DNA of 63,420 nt, the filler included, from Octopus bimaculoides (Eukaryota), in assembly GCF_001194135.2 (NCBI RefSeq). It is 9 parts of 8 records of this genome, joined end to end, with 100 filler letters (N's around TTAATTAATTAA, not from the genome) between each part and the next. Parts side by side here need not be neighbours in the genome. Positions count along the whole stretch, not along the records: positions 48,813 to 55,936 come from NC_068982.1; positions 56,037 to 58,946 come from NW_026404356.1; positions 59,047 to 60,972 come from NW_026361394.1; positions 61,073 to 62,166 come from NW_026427328.1; 5 more parts are not named here. One strand, written 5' to 3'. Below are positions 49,387-62,166 of the stretch, piece by piece. The position numbers and the translations under genes are program-made. The notes under the pieces were generated by a model. The model had not been told where the DNA came from and searched no databases. It saw only the letters and a list, made by a program, of their open reading frames with translations. The stretch's first letter is position 1; every line of letters begins with the position of its first letter.

Positions 49387-51200
49387 GAACAGTTTCGTAA
49401 CATTGTTTACAAAATAATAGGTGATCGTTTGCGAAGGATCGTATCTACAGTGAACACTTAGGATATTTGCTCTGGTAACTTCTGCTCTCTCCCATGTTCA
49501 CGCACATCCAGCTATATGTCGCTATGAGTAGAGCAACGGATTCAGCAAATTTGGAAATTAGTTGTGGAGAAACGGTCGTTTCTCACTAAAAAGACGAAAT
49601 TTAAAAAATCTGTTATCTCTCTCCCTCTCTTTACACTGTCGCTAGAAGGGGACTTAACTGATGCTCCGACTTTAAAATTGTTATAAGTCATGGTTTAAAA
49701 TTATTTTTAATACAAAAATTCACGTCTTAGGAAGCAATAAAAAAATAATAAATGGTCGATTCCGGGCATTTTCGACCATGAGGAATCCATTGGTGCGACT
49801 CCCAGATTGCTATCTTGTAAGGTGTGGATTTCTATAGATGCAACNNNNNNNNNNNNNNNNNNNNNNNNNNNNNNNNNNNNNNNNNNNNNNNNNNNNNNNN
49901 NNNNNNNNNNNNNNNNNNNNNNNNNNNNNNNNNNNNNNNNNNNNNNNNNNNNNNNNNNNNNNNNNNNNNNNNNNNNNNNNNNNNNNNNNNNNNNNNNNNN
50001 NNNNNNNNNNNNNNNNNNNNNNNNNNNNNNNNNNNNNNNNNNNNNNNNNNNNNNNNNNNNNNNNNNNNNNNNNNNNNNNNNNNNNNNNNNNNNNNNNNNN
50101 NNNNNNNNNNNNNNNNNNNNNNNNNNNNNNNNNNNNNNNNNNNNNNNNNNNNNNNNNNNNNNNNNNNNNNNNNNNNNNNNNNNNNNNNNNNNNNNNNNNN
50201 NNNNNGGGGGGTCTAAACCAAATATCAGCAATTTGCTTCCTGTTATTTGCTCATATAAAGTGTTGATTAAAATACGTTACGTGCAACAGAAGCAGTGTAA
50301 GATTAAATTACCAACCAATCATTGTATCATATGTAATAGAAATACATCACAGAAAGTATATACATCAGTGGCGAAGGATTCTCACTTGGCACAATTTTGT
50401 TAGCGATTATACCTTTCTGACGAAACGCCAAAAAAGCAGAATTATGCAAATAGCATTTACATCATCACTTCTGCACGATTTTCGTCTGCTACTAAATTAG
50501 TATGTGTTATTTAAACACTGTATTCCAAAGAAGGTATTATCTCTGGACGACTACCACAATAATGCATTTGCATTGAGTAAGGTGCATAGATTGCTATTTC
50601 AAACTGATACTGCATTTGTTGCACATAAAGTTTTCATAAACAGGCCGGCTAATTGCAACACCAGTAATTCTTTAACCGCTGTTTTTCTATACCAGTGGTA
50701 ACAGATTCTGTCTTGGTATGCACTCTCCTGCGGGTACAAGCTGTTAACGGAGCAGCTATGCGCATATAGCATTCCCAGTACCGTTGTTCGACGATTTTCC
50801 TTTGCTGTCGATATTTTCAGTTTTGCAATTTAACCGTACATTCGAAACAAAGTATCATCTCCAGGTGAATTCCCAAGTTGACTAGATTTTTCGTGATGTA
50901 TTTGCATTTAGTATGATATACAGATTGCTATACTACATCTGTTGCGCATAATGAAAATACATATATACACCCCTCCCCCTCTCTCTGTCTCTCTCTACAC
51001 ACGCATATATATGTATATGAACGATGATAATGATGATAGTATTAAAATGAGAAAAAGAGGAAGATGATGACAATGACGATGACGACAATGATGGCGGTGA
51101 TGTGGATGTAATGATGACGACGATGTCGACGATGATGATCCCGATGATGACGACGTTGATGACGATTATGATGATGATAATGATATTGATGAGATGATGG

Positions 51201-51232
<32 letters not shown>

Positions 51233-51339
51233 GTGATGATGTGTGTGTGTTTTCTGAGAAATGCATGAATGTAGTAGAGTACATTACCAATATTATTTGT
51301 AACATGCAAAATAAACCAGATGTATAAATATTGGTTTCA

Positions 51340-52185
51340 AATTTTGGCACAGAGCCAGCAATTTCAGAGGCGAGGTAAGTCGGTTATATCGATGCAAGTT
51401 TCAACGGATGAAATGCAAAGAATCGACGCCGGCAGAATTTAAGCTCAGAACCTAAAGCACGAAGAAATGCCGCTAAGCATTTCGCCCCAGTATCTTGCCA
51501 TCTAGTCGCCTTAACAGAAATATATATACTAATCATCTATTTTAAATTTTGGGACAAGCCCAGCAAAGTTGGGAGAGAGTTAAGTCGATTAGATCGACCT
51601 CAGTACTCAACTTGTATATATTTTATCGACCCCAAAACGTTGAAAGGCAACGTCGACCTCAGCGGTATTTGAACTTAGAACGTAGACTCGACAGGAATGC
51701 CGCTAAGCATTTCGCCCGGCGTGCTTACGTTTCTTATTTCTTTACTGCCCACAAGGGGCTACACACAGAAGGGACAAACAAGAAGAGACAAACGGATTAA
51801 GTCGATTATATCGTCCCAAGTGCGTAACTGGAACTTATTTAATTGGCCCCGAAAGGATGAAAGGCAAAGTCGACCTCGGAGGAATTTGAACTCAGAACGA
51901 AAAGACAGACGAAATACCGCTAAGTATTTCGCTCGGCGTGCTAACGTTTCTGCCAGCTCACCACTTCCAGAACAATAAATTATCTTTTCTACTCTAGGCA
52001 CAAAGCTCGGAATTTTTGGGGGAGGGGTCCACTCGATTAAATCGACCCCAAGACGCAAATGGTACTTAATGTATTCATCTCGAATGGATGAAAGGCATAG
52101 TCGACTTCGGCGGAATTTGAACTCAGAACGTAAAGACAGACGAAATACCGCTAAGCATTTCGCCCGGTGTGCTAACGTTTCTCCC
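51340..52185 (-). mobile_element. Array of about four SINE B units
   Basis: Repeated GTCGACCTC..TTTGAAC..GCTAAGCATTTCGC blocks; AAAGAAATA|AGAAAC junction on the minus strand at ~51735. Confidence 0.9.
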
Positions 52186-52676
52186 TTCAGAAGAATAAAT
52201 ATTAATTATTAATCGTATTGGCACTGAATCTGTTTATCCAGGTGTAACGAAAAGAAAGGTAATGAACGTACTTCCAGCTGACTGAGGCATGTAACGCCGC
52301 TAATATGGAGACGTTTGTTTACATTCCAATTTCAAATTTCGTCGAGGTTGAAATAGAATGCAAAACCAGAAAGAAACACATGTAAGTACCACATGATTAT
52401 TTTGTTAGATATTCTATTTATTCTGCCATTGCAACGCTGTGCTATTGTGCACAGCGGCGATGTAGTACATGGTGTCTGACATAAGATTGCATATTAATTT
52501 GGAGAGAACGTTTCAGCGTATACGCCCAAGTACAGGAATGGTTTTTATTTTAACGACCTTTGATAGATGAAAAGCGGAGCTGCTCTTGTCGGGATTAGAA
52601 CGCAGAAATTCAGGAGACGCAGTTAAATAATCCTAAGCAATTTCGATTGACGTATTAGTGATTATGGTTTTCGATG

Positions 52677-53332
52677 AGGCGGCGAGCTGGCAGAGACGTT
52701 AGCTTAGCACGCCGGGCGAAATGCTTAGCGGCATTTCGTCTGCCGTTACGTTCTGAGTTCAAATTCCGCCGAGGTCGACTTTGCCTTTCATCCTTTCGTG
52801 GTCGATTAAATAAATACCAGTTACGTACTGGGGATCGATGTAATCGACTTAATCCCTTTGTCTGTCATTGTTTGTCCCTTCTATGTTTAGTCCCTTGTGG
52901 GCAATACAGAAATAAGAAACGTTAGCACGTCGGGCGAAGTGCTTAGCTGTATTTCGTCTGCCGTTACGTTCTGAGTTCAAATTCCGCCGAGGTCGACTTT
53001 GTCTTTCATCCTTTCGGGGTCGATTAAATAAGTACCAATTACGCACTGGGATCGATGTAATCGACTTAACCCCTTTGTCTATCCTTGTTTGTCCCCTCTA
53101 TGTTTAGCCCCTTGTAGGCAATAAAGAAATAATAAATGTTAGCACGCCGGCGCCGGGCGAAATGCTTTGCGTTATTTCCTCTTTTCTGAATTCAAATTCC
53201 ACCGAGGTTGACTTTGCCTTTCATCTTTTCGGGGTCGATAAATTAAGTACCAGTTGCGTACTGGGGTCGATGTAATCGACTGCCCCCCCTCCCCCAAAAT
53301 ATCGGGCTTTGTGCCTAGAGTAGAAAAGATTA
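52677..53332 (+). mobile_element. Head-to-tail SINE B trimer
   Basis: Three colinear units with junctions at ~52914 and ~53135. Confidence 0.92.
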
Positions 53333-53799
53333 TGGTGTTCGATACTTAACAATAATAGTGCTGCTGCTGCTGATGTTGATAATGGTAATAAGGAAGAGGA
53401 AAATTATGAAAATGATGATACTGATGATGATGATGAGGAAAAAAGAGAACAAAAAGAGAAAAATGATAATGATGGTGATGATAAACACAGAAAAACAGGA
53501 AGATGATGTCGATGTCGACTACGATGGTGGTGGTAGTAGTCGTGATTGATAATGATGAAAATCACGTGGCTGTTGCCGTGAGGCGAGACAGGAAAAGAGA
53601 TTTTTATAGTATGAGAGTCAGTTTCGACGATGATTATTTTCTGAAATTGGAGAGTTATAAGTTTCGATGTAAATATTACTTGAAATAAAATCAAAACATA
53701 AAATGAAACTTTTCAATAAAAATAGCCTTTTTATCGATTTAGAAAAAAGTAACAAACTACAAAAAATACCATAATAATGATAACTGTTTCTGATTTTAG

Positions 53800-55351
53800 C
53801 ATAAGGCAAGCAATTATGAGGGGAGGGGTTTAGTCAAAACATCGATCCCTGTTCCAGGCTGGTATTTTATTTCATCGAATCCGAAAGGGTGAACGTAAAG
53901 ATTGTCTACTTCAGCATTTGAACTGACAATATATATACATTATTTAATATATTAATCAGTCTTTAATCTTTAAATAGTTTTTGCTTCAAAGCTGCGGTCA
54001 TGCTACACCACTATTTGAAACCTCCTCTGATATTATGTTGCATTTGGTGAATGAGGGAATTTGATGCTGCTGCTCTCATCTGTGTTTCCTGCTGTGAGGT
54101 AGGCTCATCTGGAACAACCTTTGACAGGAGGAGATCCAGTTTCGTTTAAAAGACACCTACATCCACATTATGCGGGTCCCTCAGGCATTTTGGAAGGATA
54201 CTGAAGAGCTGTGGGCCCTTGAAAAACTCAATCTGTTGCAGTACCTAGTCCTGTATTTTGATGGAGATGCTGGGATCTTTGGCACTATGCAATGGCGCCT
54301 CATTCTGCTGTTTGTGTAACTCACAATACCAATTGTTTAAATAAGTGCAACTTCTGAAATATGGCAAAAATGGTGAGTCGATGACATCGACCAATGTACT
54401 TGCCCGATACCATAATTTATTGGCCCGGAGAGATAAGAAGTAAAGTTGAACTCAATTGGATTTGAACTCGAAATGTAAAGACCCGGACCAAAAATAGCGC
54501 ATGACATTTCATCCCACGCTGCAACGATTCTACTAATCCATCACCCTAAATAATCACTTGTAGGATAGGCACAAGGCATGAAATTTTGGGAGAAAGTATT
54601 TGTTGAGTGAATCAACTGTAGTTCTTGACAAGTGCTTTATTTTATCAACCTCGAAAGGATGAAAGGCAACGCTGAATCTGGTGCAATTTGAATAAAGAAC
54701 GCAAAAAGCCAGAAAAATTACTGTAAGGAATTTTCTCGGATGCCCTAATGATTCTCACACTTCACCGCATTAGCAATAAAGTAACAATAAAACTGGATTT
54801 TGATTTAGGCACAAGGCCAGCAATTTAGATGGGAGGGGATTAGTCCTTACCATGGATCCCAGTGTTTGACTGGTACTTTATTTTATCGATCTTGAAAGGA
54901 TGAAAGCAAAGATGACCACGGTGCGATTTGAACTCAAAGCGCAATGAGCTGGAACAAATACCACAATGTATTTTTCTCAACGTTTTAACAACTCTATTAA
55001 TCTACTGCCATTTTTAAAATAATGTTTTCTAATTTAGGTATCAAACCAGTAATTTCTGTGGGTAGAGGCTTGTCTGCGGTAGCGATCTTAGTGCAACATG
55101 CTTTGTCTTATTTTATGGACTCTTTAGGAATGGAAGACAAGATTGAACTTGGCGGGATCCCGTTTAAATCGCAATGAGCTAGAACAAATAAGGACACCAT
55201 CTCGCGCACATATGGTTGTGATGCATGTGCCTGGTGTACCCTTATCAGACGGGTGGTCCTGACGGGTATATTGGGCTTCATATATTTGTACTCCAGTGTC
55301 ACTTTAATGGCATGCATTGCCCTCTCATTCAATACTAATAATAATAATAAC

Positions 55352-55396
<45 letters not shown>

Positions 55397-55530
55397 TGAT
55401 AACAGTTGTTTCAAATTTTGGAACAAAGCCAGCAACTCCAGAGGCGGGATTAAGTCCATTACTTCAAATTCAGTGTTCAGCTAATATGTAATTTATCGAT
55501 TTCGAAAAGATTAACGGCAAAATCGAACTC
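53800..55530 (-). mobile_element. Cluster of older SINE B-related copies
   Basis: About six diverged GAAAGGATGAAAGGC..ATTTGAACTC blocks, interleaved with LINE ends. Confidence 0.65.
54030..54365 (-). mobile_element. CR1-like LINE 3' end
   Basis: GIVSYTNSRMRRHCIVPKIPASPSKYRTRYCNRLS, then GPQLFSILPKCLRD..KLDLLLSKVVPDEPTSQQETQMRAAASNSL (frameshifted). Confidence 0.75.
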
Positions 55531-55651
55531 GGACCCGCATGACTTAAAGATTCATGAGCGCGCAGGACATCTCATCACATTGCAAAAGGCATCTTTTAGT
55601 CATGTAGCGCTGAGTCAAACTGTTATTAAGACATATGTATGTGTGTATGTG

Positions 55652-55697
<46 letters not shown>

Positions 55698-55699
55698 CC

Positions 55700-55739
55700 G
55701 GCCATGACGAAGGGAAATAGCCCTGAAACTCGAGTCGCC
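55700..55739 (+). ncRNA. Bare minimal type I hammerhead
   Basis: GGC-C(A)TGACGA-AGGG-AAATAG-CCCT-GAAA-C-TCGA-GTC-GCC; palindromic ACTCGAGT helix III, GUC triplet, one extra A in the core; same stem II as 10740-10784. Confidence 0.65.
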
Positions 55740-57120
55740 TTTATATATATATATTTATATTTATATATTTATATATTTGATCCTTTATATTGAACACTCA
55801 ATATTTCATCTACATTCAATACTTTCTTTCATGGTGCCATCCATTTTTATTTTATTTTATTTTATATTGTATATTGTATATTATATTATATATTGTATAT
55901 TCCATATTCTATACCCCACATTAGTTCTGCAGGAATNNNNNNNNNNNNNNNNNNNNNNNNNNNNNNNNNNNNNNNNNNNNTTAATTAATTAANNNNNNNN
56001 NNNNNNNNNNNNNNNNNNNNNNNNNNNNNNNNNNNNATGTATATATATATATATATGTGCATATATAATTACATGAAACTCTCTTGTAGAGATGTTTTTT
56101 CTCTGTAAATTCATTTTTTTTGTAAGCCTGCCACCCCTTCCCTGCTGATCTCCCTCCCCCTTCCTGGAGAAAAGGAAAGAGAAAAGTAAGGCAAAAATAG
56201 TTGAAGACTGAAAGAAATCAGAAATGATAAATGAATGTTTTAAATGTCCCATATGTTAGTGATCATCATCATCATCATCATCATCATCAATATGGTGATT
56301 ATTATCATCATCATCACCATCAATATTGTGATCATCATTTCATCATCAATATCATGATTATTATCATCATCATCATCATCAATATTGTGATTATTATTAT
56401 TCTTATCATCATGATCATCATCATAATGTTCATTATCATCATCACTATCATCGTCATCAACATCATCATCATCACCATCATCATCAATATTGTAATAACT
56501 ATTATCCTCCTCATCATCATCATGATCATTATCTTCATCATAGATATATATATATATATGTGTGTGTGTCTGTGAGTGTATGAATATATNNNNNNNNNNN
56601 NNNNNNNNNNNNNNNNNNNNNNNNNNNNNNNNNNNNNNNNNNNNNNNNNNNNNNNNNNNNNNNNNNNNNNNNNNNNNNNNNNNNNNNNNNNNNNNNNNNN
56701 NNNNNNNNNNNNNNNNNNNNNNNNNNNNNNNNNNNNNNNNNNNNNNNNNNNNNNNNNNNNNNNNNNNNNNNNNNNNNNNNNNNNNNNNNNNNNNNNNNNN
56801 NNNNNNNNNNNNNNNNNNNNNNNNNNNNNNNNNNNNNNNNNNNNNNNNNNNNNNNNNNNNNNNNNNNNNNNNNNNNNNNNNNNNNNNNNNNNNNNNNNNN
56901 NNNNNNNNNNNNNNNNNNNNNNNNNNNNNNNNNNNNNNNNNNNNNNNNNNNNNNNNNNNNNNNNNNNNNNNNNNNNNNNNNNNNNNNNNNNNNNNNNNNN
57001 NNNNNNNNNNNNNNNNNNNNNNNNNNNNNNNNNNNNAAATATGTTGCTTATTTTTTGGTAGTTTTTGACTTATTTAGTTCCTCTAAGCGTGAGGCATTAC
57101 TATATAGTTAATGCCCTTAT

Positions 57121-57159
<39 letters not shown>

Positions 57160-57225
57160 GAATAGTAAGAAAATGGAAATGTTGAAGTTAATAAGAGTTT
57201 ATTATCAGCAAAAAATCTATCATTA

Positions 57226-57308
57226 TCCCTTACAGCTGTTTCGGTTAAGCTTAGTGAAATTAAATAAGTATTAAAATGATATTTCTGAGCTTTATCTCTT
57301 CAGAGAAA
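57226..57308 (-). ncRNA. Type I hammerhead ribozyme-like motif, extended stem II
   Basis: Minus strand: TTTCT-CTGAAGA-GATAAAGCTCAG-(30 nt)-CTAAGCTTAACC-GAAA-C-AGCT-GTA-AGGGA; canonical core, G-C closing pair, 9/12 paired stem II, 5-bp stem I with G-U pairs. Confidence 0.7.
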
Positions 57309-57409
57309 AAGAATATACCCTTAAATATTTTGTGTTAGTTATTTGAATCATCATGAGACTATTATAACTCCTATTTGAATTTTATATAAATATATTCATA
57401 TATGTGTGT

Positions 57410-57635
57410 GTGTCTTTGTGTCTGTGTTGCCCCTACCCTACCCCTACCCCACACTGCTTTGCAAGTGATGGTCTGTTTATGTCCCTGTAACTTAGCGGTT
57501 CAACAATAGACACCAATAGAATGAGCAACAGGTCTTTAAAAAACTAAGTACTGAGGTTGATACATTTGACTAAAAATTCTTCAAGGCTGTGCCCCAGCAT
57601 GGCCACATTCTAATGACTGAAATAAGTAAAAGCTA
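57410..57635 (+). mobile_element. SINE family A right half (diverged)
   Basis: GTCCCTGTAACTTAGCGGTTC..CCCCAGCATGGCCAC..AATGACTGAAATAAGTAAAA. Confidence 0.7.
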
Positions 57636-57689
57636 AAAGATATATGTGAATGTATGTGAACCCCTAACCTCGTGGAATAAAGCTGATTG

Positions 57690-57950
57690 CCCCTTGGGGG
57701 CTTGTAGTCTTGCAAGCAGTACGGTGACCTCACTAGTGCTAGCATCACAAACAAAGAATGTCTACGACACACACTGAAAAGTAGTTGGTGTTAGGACGGA
57801 CATCCGGCCATAGTAACCGTGCCAAAGTGGACATCGGAGCAAGATGCAGTCCTGGGGAACTACAAGCTCCTGTGAAACCATCCAACCCATGCCAGTTTGG
57901 AAAATGGAACATGAAATGATGATGAAGACGATGCTGATGATGATGATGAA
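57690..57950 (+). mobile_element. SINE family F with (TGA)n tail
   Basis: GTTGGTGTTAGGACGGACATCCGGCC central block and CCAACCCATGCCAG..GGAAAATGGAACATGAAATGATGATGA tail, resembling Nin-type SINEs from memory. Confidence 0.55.
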
Positions 57951-58006
57951 AAAACCAAAGGCAAAAATAACAATTTGAAGAATTAAGATTTTAAAATATT
58001 CTCATA

Positions 58007-58410
58007 GGCGCAGGGGTGGCTATGTGGTAAGTAGCTTGCTTACCAATCACATGGTTCTGGGTTCAGTCCCACTGCGTGGCACCTTGGGCAAGTGTCTTCT
58101 ACTATAGCCTCAGGCCGACCAAAGCCTTGTGAGTGGATTTGGTAGACGGAAACTGAAAGAAGCCCGTCGTATATATGTATATATATATATGTGTGTGTGT
58201 ATATGTTTGTGTGTCTGTGTTTGTCCTCCTAGCATTGCTTGACAACCGATGCTGGTGTGTTTACGTCCCCGTCACTTAGCGGTTCGGCCAAAAGAGACCG
58301 ATAGAATAAGTACTAGGCTTACAAAGAATAAGTCCCGGGGTCGATTTGCTCGACTAAAAGGCGGTGCTCCAGCATGGCCGCAGTCAAATGACTGAAACAA
58401 GTAAAAAGAG
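58007..58410 (+). mobile_element. SINE family A, full length, young-looking
   Basis: Colinear and very similar to 7385-7805. Confidence 0.92.
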
Positions 58411-59353
58411 TAAAAAAAAATAAAAAAAATATATATATTTTCAGAGTCTTCTGTGTTTAAGTATTTCATCTCTTTTCTTCGTTTTTTTTTTTCGTCTATT
58501 ATCATTTCCCATTTCTTCTCTTTGTTTTTTGATGTTGCTTTTTAGATCTTATTGTTTCTTAAAATTATACGATATCTAATATATTTTCTCCATTAATTTC
58601 ACTTTTTATGATACAAGAGAAACATTTGTCTGTCTCTTCTCCTTTTATAGTCTTTATTATGTGTAAGTCTGTCTCTGCAGTCATTGTGGCTTTTGTTATG
58701 TTCGTGTATGGCTGGTTCTGTACTCTTCATAAGTATCTCTAATATCTGTCTGTCTCCTGTATCTCTCTCTCTCTCTCTCTGTGGCTATTATTGTTGTTGT
58801 CCGCAGCAGTAGCGTGTTTGACTCTTGGTTTCTTTTATGGTGTGTGTCATAATTGACATTTTGGTTTGATGTTATATACACACATACCTACTATATATAT
58901 ATATGTATATATATACACACACATACATACATATATATATATATATNNNNNNNNNNNNNNNNNNNNNNNNNNNNNNNNNNNNNNNNNNNNTTAATTAATT
59001 AANNNNNNNNNNNNNNNNNNNNNNNNNNNNNNNNNNNNNNNNNNNNTCTATCTGTCTGCCTGTCTGTCTGTCAGCCAGTCTGTCTGTCTATCTGTTTATC
59101 TGTCTATCTGTCTGTCTGTCAGTCAGTCTGTCTGTCTGTCTTTCTCTCTCTGTGTATGTATGTATACATGTATGTTATGTACTTATAATATAAAACACAA
59201 TACAGATACTAATACACATGTACACGCATAGACATATACGCGCACTCAAACGCATGCATCTGTGCTTCCGTGTGTAGACATATTCGCAGAACACATACAC
59301 TACACACACACAAATAAACATACGCACACACACACACACACACGAACACACAT

Positions 59354-59397
<44 letters not shown>

Positions 59398-60134
59398 ACA
59401 CACACACACACTCAGAGACACAGTGTTGAATCGTTGATAATAGATACAAACAATTGGCACGCCATTTTGATTGAGCATGATGACAAAAGATGGCTGCATA
59501 CAAAATATAAATTAGNNNNNNNNNNNNNNNNNNNNNNNNNNNNNNNNNNNNNNNNNNNNNNNNNNNNNNNNNNNNNNNNNNNNNNNNNNNNNNNNNNNNN
59601 NNNNNNNNNNNNNNNNNNNNNNNNNNNNNNNNNNNNNNNNNNNNNNNNNNNNNNNNNNNNNNNNNNNNNNNNNNNNNNNNNNNNNNNNNNNNNNNNNNNN
59701 NNNNNNNNNNNNNNNNNNNNNNNNNNNNNNNNNNNNNNNNNNNNNNNNNNNNNNNNNNNNNNNNNNNNNNNNNNNNNNNNNNNNNNNNNNNNNNNNNNNN
59801 NNNNNNNNNNNNNNNNNNNNNNNNNNNNNNNNNNNNNNNNNNNNNNNNNNNNNNNNNNNNNNNNNNNNNNNNNNNNNNNNNNNNNNNNNNNNNNNNNNNN
59901 NNNNNNNNNNNNNNNNNNNNNNNNNNNNNNNNNNNNNNNNNNNNNNNNNNNNNNNNNNNNNNNNNNNNNNNNNNCTGTGATGGTATAAATGACGTTAGTC
60001 GTCATGGTGAGGGTGTTCAATATTATTATCATAGTTATATCATATGACTGGTGAGCTGAGCTGGCAGAATCGTTAGCACGCCGGACGAAATGCTTAGCGG
60101 TATTTCACCCGTAGCTACGTTCTGAGTTCAAATT

Positions 60135-60779
60135 ACGAGAGGAAAGATGGCGCTACGAAGCTTTTCAACAAACTGAAGCATCCCTTCCAACCGAACATGC
60201 TTTGGTTTTTCAGAGACGATACAAATTTCTGCTAGAATCAGATGGTGAACACAAAGACCAACCGCTGGCTTGCCATATCCCTAAAACATGTATCGAGAGT
60301 GATAAAAATCAAACATCCAGTCAATATCATCTTTCCACACGGTATCAGCGCTGCCTGGGTAAACAAGGTGGCTGCTGGAAGAACCTATTTCTGGCAACAG
60401 GACTCTTCACCATGCAACAGAAACAGAAGAATCCAGTCGTGGCTGTCATACAATCTCTGCGATCACGTCACCCCTAACATCTGGCCACCTAACTGCCCAG
60501 ACTGCAACCCCCTTGATTATTATGTGTCGGGCGCAGCTGAGCGAGAGAAGAACAAGGATAATGGCAGCGTTCACCAGCGTAAACAAGGAGACCGCCCAGA
60601 AGAGTTGCAGGAGATTCCGAAGTCGTCTCGAGACCGTAGATGAAACCAATGGCGAATTTATTCCTTAATATTTCAAGATATTTTTATGTAATTTTGGTAA
60701 ATATATCTGTAAAATGAGATGTCAAAGTTATTTTCATTTTTGCAAAATTTGGACGATAATTTATTCACCGCACCCTGTA
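60135..60779 (+). mobile_element. Tc1/mariner-superfamily (DD37D/maT-like) transposase 3' relic with right TIR
   Basis: YFWQQDSSPC..SWLSYNLCDHVTPNIWPPNCPDCNPLDYYV; ends ATAATTTATTCACCGCACCCTGTA. Confidence 0.8.
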
Positions 60780-60935
60780 TATCTATGCATATGTTGTTGT
60801 TGTTGTTGTTTGTTCCTTTGCGGGTCATGCCTGGTTCATAAAGGCCGCTTTCCTGGCTTCATTGACGTATAGGTTCCCCAATGGACAAGATACCCGTCCG
60901 TCGCAATCAATGCATATATATGTTTCTCTCTCTCC

Positions 60936-60972
<37 letters not shown>

Positions 60973-61072
60973 NNNNNNNNNNNNNNNNNNNNNNNNNNNN
61001 NNNNNNNNNNNNNNNNTTAATTAATTAANNNNNNNNNNNNNNNNNNNNNNNNNNNNNNNNNNNNNNNNNNNN

Positions 61073-61103
<31 letters not shown>

Positions 61104-61498
61104 CGTTTGTATGTATGTATACAGATAATTATCTATATAGATGTACACATATGTGTGTATAATTGTGAATGTATATGTAATACGTGTACACAAAGAAAGA
61201 AAGCTTTGCTCACAAAATTACACGTATTTTGCTCAACAAAGACAATTATGAACATCACTATATAGGTTTATATATATATATATATATCATATTATATTTT
61301 TCTCTTCTCTTTCGCCTACTCTAACTATTACTCCATATATGTGTGTGTGTGGGTCTGTGTACAGATGAATGAATGTGTGTATGTGTACATATAGCTGTTG
61401 ATATCAATGTGCGTATGTGTATATGTATGTTTATATAGATATATATGTATCTGGATGCATACGTATTTTTGTATGTATATCTGCGTTCTATCTATCTG

Positions 61499-61557
<59 letters not shown>

Positions 61558-61615
61558 GTCTGTCTGTCTGTCTATCTATCTAGCTATATAGCCACATACA
61601 AACACATACACACAG

Positions 61616-61651
<36 letters not shown>

Positions 61652-62121
61652 GTTTAGGTAATACGTTGACATTTGACAAAGTCTCCAGCTGGGATAAGAG
61701 AAACGATGGTAGACAACCCCACTGTGGCCATCACTGTCAACAGTACCATGAAGACTAGCAGTACTGCAGCCGTTATCACCACCACTACCGCTACCAACAC
61801 AACTACTATCTCGCGTCCCCACACCACCACCACCACCACCACCACGGAGTCTAGCAATGACGTCATCGTCCGTCATCGTCTCCTGTTCCGCCATTCTAAT
61901 CGCTTCTTTTCTTACCATTGTTGTTCCGCAACAAAAAAAAAAATATTCGCTCTGGCATGAACACCATCACATCCACTAATATTTAAGGTTTTCCTTGCGA
62001 TAATCTTACTGTTACTTATTCATTTTTCAACAATTTATGTCCGTGATTCTTGGCCCTGTACTGCATAGACTTTATACAGTACGGCATTCTGGTTTCATAT
62101 GGACGTACAGTACACTTTTGT

Positions 62122-62166
62122 TGTTGTTGTTGGCACTCCGTCGGTTACGACGACGAGGGTTCCAGT
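62122..62166 (-). mobile_element. SINE family C tail
   Basis: TTGTTGTTGGCACTCCGTCGGTTACGACGACGAGGGTTCCAGT. Confidence 0.85.

Noticed and set aside
50416-50445. CTGACGA...GAAT motif
   Set aside because: Weak stem II, no GAAA or helix III.
50450-50950. Possible RTE relic with Cys-rich insert (..FMCNKC)
   Set aside because: Similarity too faint to call by eye.
56231-56575. Poly-His/Ile ORF
   Set aside because: (CAT)n trinucleotide repeat.
61673-61960. Thr-rich mucin-like ORF
   Set aside because: (ACC/ACT)n low-complexity sequence without splice or homology support.
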